Part shown: positions 11,222 to 18,649 of the stretch, in pieces
How the letters are laid out: the number at the start of each line of letters is the position of its first letter
Position numbering within the stretch: position 1 is the stretch's first letter
Source: Actinomycetota bacterium
Lineage (GTDB): Bacteria > Actinomycetota > Actinomycetes > JAKEEW01
Length of the DNA stretch: 39,611 nt
Reading direction: 5' to 3'
Assembly (NCBI GenBank): GCA_046725875.1
Contig: JBKOZJ010000152.1
Location: forward strand, 1 to 39,611
Translations under genes and position numbers: made by a program
The notes under the pieces: model-generated
What the model was told of the DNA's origin: nothing
What the model saw: only the letters and a program-made list of their open reading frames with translations
Database searches by the model: none

Positions 11222-12316
11222 CTACTCCCAGTCGGTCGTGATAATCACGGTGAGCGCATCCTTCTTCATAGTGCTGTCGGACTTGTCGACGGCCTTGATG
11301 TTCGGGAACGCGTCCTTGAGGTTCTGTGCCGCGGCCTTCATCGCATTGGTGGGGTAGAAGACGGTTGTCTGGTCGATGACACCATGCTCGTAGTTGCCGG
11401 GTGTCAGGGTCTCCCAGCCCTCAGCCTCGAGCTCGTCCGTCACGCGGCCGGCAAGCCCATCGATGCCGGCGGCGTTCAAAACGATGACCGGCGCCTTGGC
11501 GTTGGCGTTGGCGCTGGGCTGCTCGCTCGTCCCACTGCTCGCCTCGTTCGACCTATTCGGGCTGGCGGCCGGCGTGTTCTGCTGACTGGTCTGAGTCCCG
11601 GAGTCGTCCCCGCCACGGTCCTTGATGATGAGCCACAGCACCCCGACGAGAGCGAGCACGGCGAGCACCGCGAACAGCGAGCTTGCGATGACGCCGATCA
11701 CGTCTCGCCCGCTGCGGCGGGGCTCGCGGCCGCCGCCACCACCACCGGCGCCACCGTAGACATCCGTGCGCCCACCCTCGGTTCGCGGACGATACTCGCC
11801 GCGACGGTAGGAGCGGTACTCCCGGCCCTGTGCGTAGTCCTGGGCGGTCCCGTAGTCCTGCTGGCCTGCGGCGCCGTAGCCGGCCTGACCTGCCGAGTAG
11901 CCCTGCCCGGCGGCGTAGCCATGCTGGCTGGTGCCGTAGCCGTGGCCTGCGGCTGGATAGCCCTGCTGCGCCGAATGCCCGGCCTGCCCGGTGCCGTAGC
12001 CACTACCGGTCGGCGCAACGTTTCCCCTGGAGCCGCCTGAGGCTGGCGGGTATTGGCTCGGATAGCCGCCACCCGCCTGCTGGTAGTCCTGGCCACCGCC
12101 ACCGGTCGCGTAGTCTGCGCCCCGCCCCGAGTAGTCCCGCCCGTAGCTACGCGGGTAGCCGGCTGCATCACCGCGGCCGGAGTGGGTCCCGGTCTGATTC
12201 GATTCGCGGGCCTCACGCCCGGCGTATGGGTCGGCGCCGCGCGCGGGGCGCCGAGCATGCGGCTCCTGGCCCTCATCCTCCCGGCGCGAGTAGTCGCCGT
12301 ACTGATCCTCCGACAT
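11222..12316 (-). CDS. LytR C-terminal domain membrane protein (VirR/Rv0431-like) with a long low-complexity N-terminus
   Basis: One TM helix (VIGVIASSLFAVLAVLALVGVLWLII), then VIVLNAAGIDGLAGRV...GNY...TTVFY. Lies directly downstream of the DUF3263 gene. Confidence 0.85.
   Translation of the reverse strand: MSEDQYGDYSRREDEGQEPHARRPARGADPYAGREARESNQTGTHSGRGDAAGYPRSYGRDYSGRGADYATGGGGQDYQQAGGGYPSQYPPASGGSRGNVAPTGSGYGTGQAGHSAQQGYPAAGHGYGTSQHGYAAGQGYSAGQAGYGAAGQQDYGTAQDYAQGREYRSYRRGEYRPRTEGGRTDVYGGAGGGGGGREPRRSGRDVIGVIASSLFAVLAVLALVGVLWLIIKDRGGDDSGTQTSQQNTPAASPNRSNEASSGTSEQPSANANAKAPVIVLNAAGIDGLAGRVTDELEAEGWETLTPGNYEHGVIDQTTVFYPTNAMKAAAQNLKDAFPNIKAVDKSDSTMKKDALTVIITTDWE
11810..12160 (-). repeat. 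Imperfect tandem Gly/Tyr/Gln peptide repeats within the LytR_C gene
   Basis: QGYPAAG-HGYGTSQ-HGYAAG-QGYSAG-QAGYGAAG-QQDYGTA-QDYAQG; GCCGTAGCC-like units recur on the + strand. Confidence 0.75.
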
Positions 12317-12330
12317 GAACCCCTGCCCGG

Positions 12331-12708
12331 TCAGGCCTCGAAACCGAGGCGGCGAGCGGAACGAGCACGCTGGCGCGCGGCGCGAAGCCGACGCAGTCTC
12401 TTCACGACCATGGGGTCATGGGCCAGCGCCTCCGGCCGGTCGATGAGCGCGTTGAGCACCTGGTAGTAGCGGGTCGCCGACAGACCGAACTGGAGCCGAA
12501 TCGCCTGCTCCTTGGCCCCGGCCAGCTTCCACCACTGGCGTTCGAAGGCGAGGATCGCCTGCTCGCGGACGGAAAGGTCGCCGTCGGACGGGGTGACCGC
12601 CGGCCGCGACGACGGCCCAACTCCGGGCTCGTCCGCAGCCGAGTGCCGTTGGGGCGACGACGCCCCCACACTCCGCGCTTGGGCAAGCCCGGCCTTCGCC
12701 GCGTCCAT
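12331..12708 (-). CDS. DUF3263 protein (NapA/Rv0430-like nucleoid-associated protein)
   Basis: LSVREQAILAFERQWWKLAGAKEQAIR..F.LSATRYYQVLNALID.PEALAHDPMVVKRLRRLR. GAGGAG RBS precedes ATG 12708. Confidence 0.9.
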   Translation of the reverse strand: MDAAKAGLAQARSVGASSPQRHSAADEPGVGPSSRPAVTPSDGDLSVREQAILAFERQWWKLAGAKEQAIRLQFGLSATRYYQVLNALIDRPEALAHDPMVVKRLRRLRAARQRARSARRLGFEA

Positions 12709-13120
12709 CGGGCTCTCCTCGCACTCCCCTGCTACTGCCCGTCGGCCCCGGATCGGCGCCATGGTACGAGCCGACGCCCGCAGGTGTCGCGCCGTCACAC
12801 GGCGTGTCGACCGGTAGCACGACAAACTCATCGTGTCCGGTATGAGCACTCAGCAAATGTGGCACCGCTGAGCGCTCGCCGACCTGGATCTTGGCAAAAT
12901 GCCTCGAACAGGTCATTAAGACAGACACCATACGAGCGCATGCAAGCCTTCGCCACACGCCTGCCGATGTCTGCTGCCCGAGACCACGTACGGTACTCGT
13001 CGTGCTACCTCTCGCCACGGCTTCCGGGAAGAACAGCGACACGAACTCGCCGAGGGTTGACTCGCAGGGAAGACTCGGCACGCGACATGCTCGAACTGCG
13101 TGGGAGATGCCGTGGGCGAG

Positions 13121-14278
13121 ATGGCTGAGATACACCTGACGAACGCCCGGGTGGTCACTCACGGTGGCTTGCTGGATCGCGGCTGGCTCCGCCTGTCGGG
13201 CGACCGGATAGTCGCGGTCGGCGAGCTGGCCGAGGCTGCAGACCCGCACGAGGCTCAAGCGGACGGGCTCGTCGATGTCCAGGGTGACTATGTGCTGCCC
13301 GGGTTCGTGGATATGCACGTGCACGGAGGCGGCGGCGGGTCGTACACCTCCAGTGACCCTGACCAGGCGCGCCAGGCCGCTGCGTTCCACCTCCGACACG
13401 GGACGACTACCACGCTTGCGAGCCTCGTCAGTGCCCCGGTTGAAGATCTTGTACGGCAGGTGGAAGCGCTGAGGTCTCTGGTCGACGAGGGCACTCTCGC
13501 CGGCATCCACCTCGAAGGGCCGTATATCAGCGCGGCGCAGTGCGGTGCGCACAACCCCAGCTACCTGCGGACACCGGACATCGGCGAGCTCGACCGGCTG
13601 CTAGACGTCGGCCACGGGACCATCCGGATGATCACCGTGGCACCCGAGCTGCCGAACGCCGTGCTTTTCATCGAACGAGCCGCGGCCGCCGGCGTAATCG
13701 TGGCGATCGGCCACACGGATGCGACCTATGCCCAGACCAGGGCCGGAATCGACGCCGGCGCCACGATGGGCACGCACCTTTATAACGCAATGCGCGGTTT
13801 GCACCACCGCGAGCCGGGCCCGATCGCAGCTCTTACCGAGGATCCGTCGGTTGTCACAGAAGTCATTAACGACGGGGTGCACGTGCACCGAGCCATGACC
13901 AGGCTCGCCGCAACCCTGGTTGGACCGGACCGCCTGGCGCTGGTCACGGACGCCACGGCGGCGGCCGGGATGGGTGACGGCACCTACCCACTCGGCCCGA
14001 TGACCGTACGGGTAGAGGGCGGGGTGGCCCGGCTGGCCGACGGAGGTGCAATCGCCGGCTCCACTCTCACCATGGACGGTGCAGTTCGACGCGGAGTGTT
14101 CGAGGCCGACCTTCCGGTTACCGCCGTCGCAATGGCGGCAGCGACCAACCCCGCCCGCGCCCTTGGCCTGCAGGCCACGACCGGAGCCATCGCTCCCGGC
14201 CGCACCGCCGACGTCGTCGTGCTCGGCGAGGACCTGACGGTACGCCGGGTGATGCGGGCCGGACACTGGGTCGCCTGA
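13121..14278 (+). CDS. nagA: N-acetylglucosamine-6-phosphate deacetylase
   Basis: PGFVDMHVHGGGG, HGTT, GIHLEGPY, CGAH, TVAPE, GHT, THLYNAM, DGVH, VTDA, IAGS. Confidence 0.95.
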   Translation: MAEIHLTNARVVTHGGLLDRGWLRLSGDRIVAVGELAEAADPHEAQADGLVDVQGDYVLPGFVDMHVHGGGGGSYTSSDPDQARQAAAFHLRHGTTTTLASLVSAPVEDLVRQVEALRSLVDEGTLAGIHLEGPYISAAQCGAHNPSYLRTPDIGELDRLLDVGHGTIRMITVAPELPNAVLFIERAAAAGVIVAIGHTDATYAQTRAGIDAGATMGTHLYNAMRGLHHREPGPIAALTEDPSVVTEVINDGVHVHRAMTRLAATLVGPDRLALVTDATAAAGMGDGTYPLGPMTVRVEGGVARLADGGAIAGSTLTMDGAVRRGVFEADLPVTAVAMAAATNPARALGLQATTGAIAPGRTADVVVLGEDLTVRRVMRAGHWVA

Positions 14279-14371
14279 TCCGACGTCCCCGGAGGACCTG
14301 CCAGGTTCCGCCGCCCGGCCGGTCCGATTGGCGTTCCCTCATCTGCCAGTGGATGCGAGTAGACAGGAAGC

Positions 14372-15202
14372 GTGATCGGATTCCTCAGCGACTTTGGCCA
14401 CGCGGATCCCTACGTCGGTATCTGCCACGGCGTGATGGCCAAGTTCGCGCCGGACGAGCGGATCGTCGACATCTGCCACGAGGTCCCCCGTGGCGACGTC
14501 CGAGCCGGCGCCGCGATGCTCGCCCAGTCCGTGCCCTATCTGCCCGATGGCGTATATATCGGCGTGGTGGATCCGGGCGTCGGCACGCAGCGCCGTGGGG
14601 TCGTCGTCCTGGCGGGTGACTCGATCTTGGTCGGGCCGGACAACGGCCTCCTGCTCTGGGCGGCCGATGCGCTCGGTGGGCCGGTCGGGGCGTACGAGAT
14701 CACTAACCAGCGCCTGATGATCACGCCGGTGTCGTACACCTTCCATGGGCGGGACGTCTTCTCCCCCGTCGCCGCTCGGCTGGCAACCGGTGTCCCACCA
14801 ACCGCCGTCGGGCCCGAAATCGCGGTTGGTGACCTCGTCCACCTCCCCGACCCGATAGTGCTCGTCGAGGGGGACAGCCTCGACGCGGAGGTGCTCGGCG
14901 TCGACCGCTACGGCAACCTGCAGACCGCGGCCACAGCCACCCAGCTCCGATCGGCGCTGCGCCTGCGTTCGGCCAGCGCCCAGCCACTGCTCGTCGGCGC
15001 CCGCCGGGACGCTCAAGGGTCCGCCCGCGGGGACCTTGACGTGAAAGCGACCTACGGCGAGACGTTCGGAAGCGTGGCACGCGGAGAAGTCGTGGTATTC
15101 GAGGACTCCGCCGGACTGCTGGCGATCGCCGTCAATGCTGGCGATGCCCGCTCACTTCTCCAGGTGAAGCCCGGAGACATGCTGCGGCTTCGCCGCGCCT
15201 AG
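14372..15202 (+). CDS. SAM hydroxide adenosyltransferase (DUF62)
   Basis: SDFG, VVDPGVGTQRR, GPDNG, TFHGRDVF (Asp-Arg-His triad), DRYGN. Confidence 0.9.
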   Translation: MIGFLSDFGHADPYVGICHGVMAKFAPDERIVDICHEVPRGDVRAGAAMLAQSVPYLPDGVYIGVVDPGVGTQRRGVVVLAGDSILVGPDNGLLLWAADALGGPVGAYEITNQRLMITPVSYTFHGRDVFSPVAARLATGVPPTAVGPEIAVGDLVHLPDPIVLVEGDSLDAEVLGVDRYGNLQTAATATQLRSALRLRSASAQPLLVGARRDAQGSARGDLDVKATYGETFGSVARGEVVVFEDSAGLLAIAVNAGDARSLLQVKPGDMLRLRRA

Positions 15203-15817
15203 CCGCCGGAGTGCGGCCCAAGCCGCTAGCGTCGCGTCTTTCTGGTCGCGCTGCCAGGGTGGGCCGAGCCGCTTGCCAAGCATGACGAGCTCTTCGTCGA
15301 CAAGCTCCGGGGTGAGGCCGAGCGTGGTAGCTGCGACCGCCGGCAAGTCGGCGGGCAGGAAATCGAAGACCGGTAGACCGAGGATGGCGGCCGCGTCGTG
15401 CAAAGCGCTGCGGTAGAGGTCGCCCTCGGCGGCGTGCATCAACTGGTGTGAGGAGAGGATCCGCTCCAGCGCCTCGGGGACCGACGGATGCCATGCCACC
15501 ACCGCGATGCCCAACAGGTCACCGAAACTGCGCGTCGCCTCCTCGAGCACGGCAACCGCGGCGTCACACGCGTCGTTGCGGACCTTGCTCACGGTATCTT
15601 CCGCCTCCTCCGGCGGAAGCGCGGCGGCGGCATGAAACACCTGCCTGGGCAGCGACTCGTCGAGCAGGACGGCGCGCCGTCGGTCGAGGACCTCGATACC
15701 GCTTGCTTCCACGCCGACCGCGACCATCGCGGCCCAGCCGGTGTGCGGCCGGAAGCCCAACGCGACCGCGTCGACCGTGCGGGGCGCCGTGTCGGCAACG
15801 TGGACGTGCGGCTCCAC
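15152..15817 (-). CDS. Conserved hypothetical protein, probable RuvC/RNase H-like fold
   Basis: ALGFRPHTGWAAMVAV...HAAEG...LPVFDFLP...GPPWQRDQKDATLAA. TACCTT -10 lies 7 nt before GTG 15817; the 3' end overlaps the DUF62 gene by 51 nt. Confidence 0.7.
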   Translation of the reverse strand: MEPHVHVADTAPRTVDAVALGFRPHTGWAAMVAVGVEASGIEVLDRRRAVLLDESLPRQVFHAAAALPPEEAEDTVSKVRNDACDAAVAVLEEATRSFGDLLGIAVVAWHPSVPEALERILSSHQLMHAAEGDLYRSALHDAAAILGLPVFDFLPADLPAVAATTLGLTPELVDEELVMLGKRLGPPWQRDQKDATLAAWAALRRLGAAKPQHVSGLHLEK

Positions 15818-15903
15818 CCAACACAAGGTATGCGGTTCCGCCCAGCCCGACCACAGTTCTCGTTAACCCCGCGGAACATCATGGTGACGATCCGTAATCG
15901 GTG

Positions 15904-17481
15904 CTAACGCCGGCGACCCGCGTAGAGGGACCGGCGCGCCCGCCTGAGCTGGATCATCTCCCGCATCTGCTGGACGCGTGCGTCGTCGTTGCCGGGCGCC
16001 GGGTCGTCCCCGGCGGGCGCGGCCGACTCGGCCACGGTCGCCGGCACGGACGAGCTAGACACCGGACGCGCCACGAGTGTCGGGCCAGCCGCCTGATGTT
16101 GAGCCTCGTCGACTACCTGGCCAGGCTGGGCCGCAATGGAAGGGCCGGCTGGCGGAGCAGGCCGGGGGGATGTCCCGGTGGCGTCGACGGTCACCTCGGG
16201 ACGCTGCGCAGAGCGGTAGACCGTTCCCTCGAGAACCTCATCGCTGTAAATTTCTTGCCTACGGGCGCCCGCGGGACGGTATCCGTTCATCTCCTGCGCA
16301 TGTACGGCCAGCCCATGCCTGGCTCGTTCGATCAGCTCGGCGCGGGTCGGCGGCACTGCGTCAAGCGCCACGTCGGCCTGCCACGCCTCGTGGTGAATCA
16401 GCCGTGGGTCAATGCCAAGCTCACGGAGTCGGTCGACGGAGGCGGTAACCATCGCGGGCGGGCCGCACACGTAGGCCTCGAAGCCCGTCCACGGGCCATA
16501 ACGGGCAACCGCCTCCACGACTGGACCGCGGTGGCCTGCGTACCCCGGCTGGTCAGAAACGGCCGGAACCACCGCAAGCCACGGATATCGCCGGTCGAGC
16601 TCGGTCAGCGCACGCAGGTCGTAAAACTCCTCTTCAGTCCGGGCCCCTACGAAGAGGCACACCCGGCGCCCACCCCCCTGGGCCGCGACGTCCTCGACGA
16701 GCGCCTTGAGCGGCGCGAGTCCGGTGCCGCCGGCAACGAGGAGTAGATCACGCACCGCGGAACGGTCGAGGACCATGCCTCCCGCGGGCGGCCCGAGCTT
16801 CACGGTGTGGCCTTCCTTGGTCGCGTCTACGAGCGCCCAGCTGCCCTCGCCTCCCGGGATCTGCTTGACGTGGATCTCCAGCCGTCCATCTGGGCGAGGC
16901 GCATTGGCTATTGAGTACGGGCGCCAGAGCCGAGGCCAGTGCGGAGTCTCGACCGTGAGGTACTGCCCGGGACGATAGCGGTACGGCTCGGTAGGTTGGA
17001 GGCCAACCACGGCGATGTCCCACGTCCGACGGTCGTGGCTGACAACTTCCGCGGTCCACCAGCGGGGATCGTCCTCCTTCGCGGCGGCCGCGGCCTTGCT
17101 CATCAGCGTGGCCGCCGTTGTGTAGGCGCTATGCCAGGCGATCGAGATCTCGCGGGTCCAGCGCCGCCCCAGCATCGCGGCGGCGGTGGCGAGGAAGCTC
17201 GCACCGACCGCGCGGTAGTGCTCGACCGTGAGATTGAACTTTCGGTGGTCTCGGCCAAGCTGCCGCAGCTCCTCGGCCAGTGCAGAGAGCGCGTGGGAGT
17301 TCTTCACCACGTAGAGGAGCGCGCGAAAGAGCCGGTCGTGTTCTTCGACAGCAGTAATCGGGAAGATCGCCCGCAGCTCCGGGTGGCCGGTGAACAGGTG
17401 CGTGTAGAAGTAGCCCGTCGCCTCCTTGCGCCGTTCAACACGCTCCACGCTCGCGCGAAGCGCCGACGCATCCACGGACAC
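15904..17481 (-). CDS. Type II flavohemoglobin-like protein (globin + FAD/NAD-binding) with C-terminal extension
   Basis: Globin FY..LF..HPELR.IFP...LGRDHRKF; reductase PGQY, RPYSIAN, VAGGTGLAP, YVCGPPAMV. Confidence 0.88.
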   Translation of the reverse strand: MSVDASALRASVERVERRKEATGYFYTHLFTGHPELRAIFPITAVEEHDRLFRALLYVVKNSHALSALAEELRQLGRDHRKFNLTVEHYRAVGASFLATAAAMLGRRWTREISIAWHSAYTTAATLMSKAAAAAKEDDPRWWTAEVVSHDRRTWDIAVVGLQPTEPYRYRPGQYLTVETPHWPRLWRPYSIANAPRPDGRLEIHVKQIPGGEGSWALVDATKEGHTVKLGPPAGGMVLDRSAVRDLLLVAGGTGLAPLKALVEDVAAQGGGRRVCLFVGARTEEEFYDLRALTELDRRYPWLAVVPAVSDQPGYAGHRGPVVEAVARYGPWTGFEAYVCGPPAMVTASVDRLRELGIDPRLIHHEAWQADVALDAVPPTRAELIERARHGLAVHAQEMNGYRPAGARRQEIYSDEVLEGTVYRSAQRPEVTVDATGTSPRPAPPAGPSIAAQPGQVVDEAQHQAAGPTLVARPVSSSSVPATVAESAAPAGDDPAPGNDDARVQQMREMIQLRRARRSLYAGRRR

Positions 17482-17691
17482 TGCTGGCCTTTCGGGCAGG
17501 GACTCGCCCTGACTTTCAACTCACGGGTTCGAGCGCCCCGGAGCTCTCCTGGGCGTTGCGAGAGGGCTTCGTGCCCCGGCCAACCGAACGGTTGGGGGAA
17601 CACTGGTTCGTGCACGAATGTACGGACTCCGGCACCGCGCCCGCCACTCCTTCAGGTGATTACCGTCGGTGGACCTCAGGCTTGTCTGCGA

Positions 17692-18051
17692 TCACGAATC
17701 TTGGATCCGTCCGGCGTCCCACTCGGCCGCGACCCGCTTCGGCACGACCATCCGCCAAGCGTCCGTGACGAGCTCGGCCATCTCGTGCGCGTCGAGCGCG
17801 GACAGCCATGCGCGGACCCAGTTGTACCGCTCGTCCGACCGTTCGGGCATGAAGAACTTGTCCGGCTCGGCGGCCACGAGCGCGGCCCGCTCCTCTTTCG
17901 GAAAGCCGAAGCCCATCTCCGTCTCGTCGCGGGACAGCGCGACGTAGACGATGCTGCCGATCCGGAACTTGACTCGGTCGCGGACCAGCGCCTCTTGGGT
18001 GCGCGGCAACGACAGCGCCACGCGGCGTACGTCCTCGGCGGTAACTCCCAC
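17692..18051 (-). CDS. MmcQ/YjbR family protein
   Basis: VRRVALSLP...KFRIG..VY...ERAALVAAEPDKF...WV...ELVTDAWRMVVPKR. Confidence 0.85.
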   Translation of the reverse strand: MGVTAEDVRRVALSLPRTQEALVRDRVKFRIGSIVYVALSRDETEMGFGFPKEERAALVAAEPDKFFMPERSDERYNWVRAWLSALDAHEMAELVTDAWRMVVPKRVAAEWDAGRIQDS

Positions 18052-18057
18052 CCGACA

Positions 18058-18079
18058 ATCGTCGGTTGCGGCGCCGACA
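18058..18079 (-). promoter_or_regulatory. Probable RecA-NDp / PafBC-type promoter of the MmcQ gene
   Basis: Minus strand TGTCGG-N10-GACGAT, then 6 nt to the GTG start; the -10 has G in place of the first T. Confidence 0.55.
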
Positions 18080-18099
18080 CTTTCGGCCGAGACGGCCGA

Positions 18100-18570
18100 T
18101 CAGGGCGCCGTGCGGAGGCGTCCCAGCAGGTCGCGGGCGCTCTCGGCGTGGGTGGGGTCGACCGTTACGTCGTAGGAGTCCGCGAGCAGCTGCTGGTTCG
18201 ATACGAAGTCCCGCCGGCCACCCGTAAATGCGTATGTGATCAGGCCGAAGATCGCACCGGCGATGACGCCCCACAGTGCGCCGTACAGAACCAGGGCGAG
18301 GGTCGAAGTGCCGGTGCTGAAGATGGCGACGAACAAGCCGATCAGCAGGCCGAACCAAAAGCCGCCGACCGCCCCGGCGAGCGCGGCGCGCCCCCAGTCC
18401 AGCCGGCCGGTGACCGTCTCGACAAGCTTGAGCCCCGAACCAACGATCGTGACGTATTGGACCGGGAACTTCTGATCGGACAGGTAGTCGACGGCGCGTT
18501 GCGCCCCGGCGTAGTTCCCGTACGACCCCACGACGACTCGCTCCGCACTGCCTTGGGTGTTCGCAGTCAT
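18100..18570 (-). CDS. General stress protein (YflT/17M-like), two TM helices
   Basis: VGSYGNYAGAQRAVDYLSDQKFPV..VTIVG..LKLVE.VTGRL...GRRDFVS. Confidence 0.88.
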   Translation of the reverse strand: MTANTQGSAERVVVGSYGNYAGAQRAVDYLSDQKFPVQYVTIVGSGLKLVETVTGRLDWGRAALAGAVGGFWFGLLIGLFVAIFSTGTSTLALVLYGALWGVIAGAIFGLITYAFTGGRRDFVSNQQLLADSYDVTVDPTHAESARDLLGRLRTAP

Positions 18571-18649
18571 GCGCCTAGCCTGCCCTTCCCTTGGCCCGCT
18601 CGGCTAGATCTGACCGCCCGCTCAGCCTGGCGGCTCATCCGTCTGGTGG

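Noticed and set aside
12880..13120. DasR (dre) or LexA box upstream of nagA
   Set aside because: Only half-matches (TCGAAC; GGTCATTAAGAC); no complete palindrome.
14372..15202. Possible fluorinase/chlorinase
   Set aside because: It has the DUF62 Asp-Arg-His triad (VDPG, R, TFHGRD) rather than the halogenase TFYS/TWYG motif, and there is no biosynthetic context.
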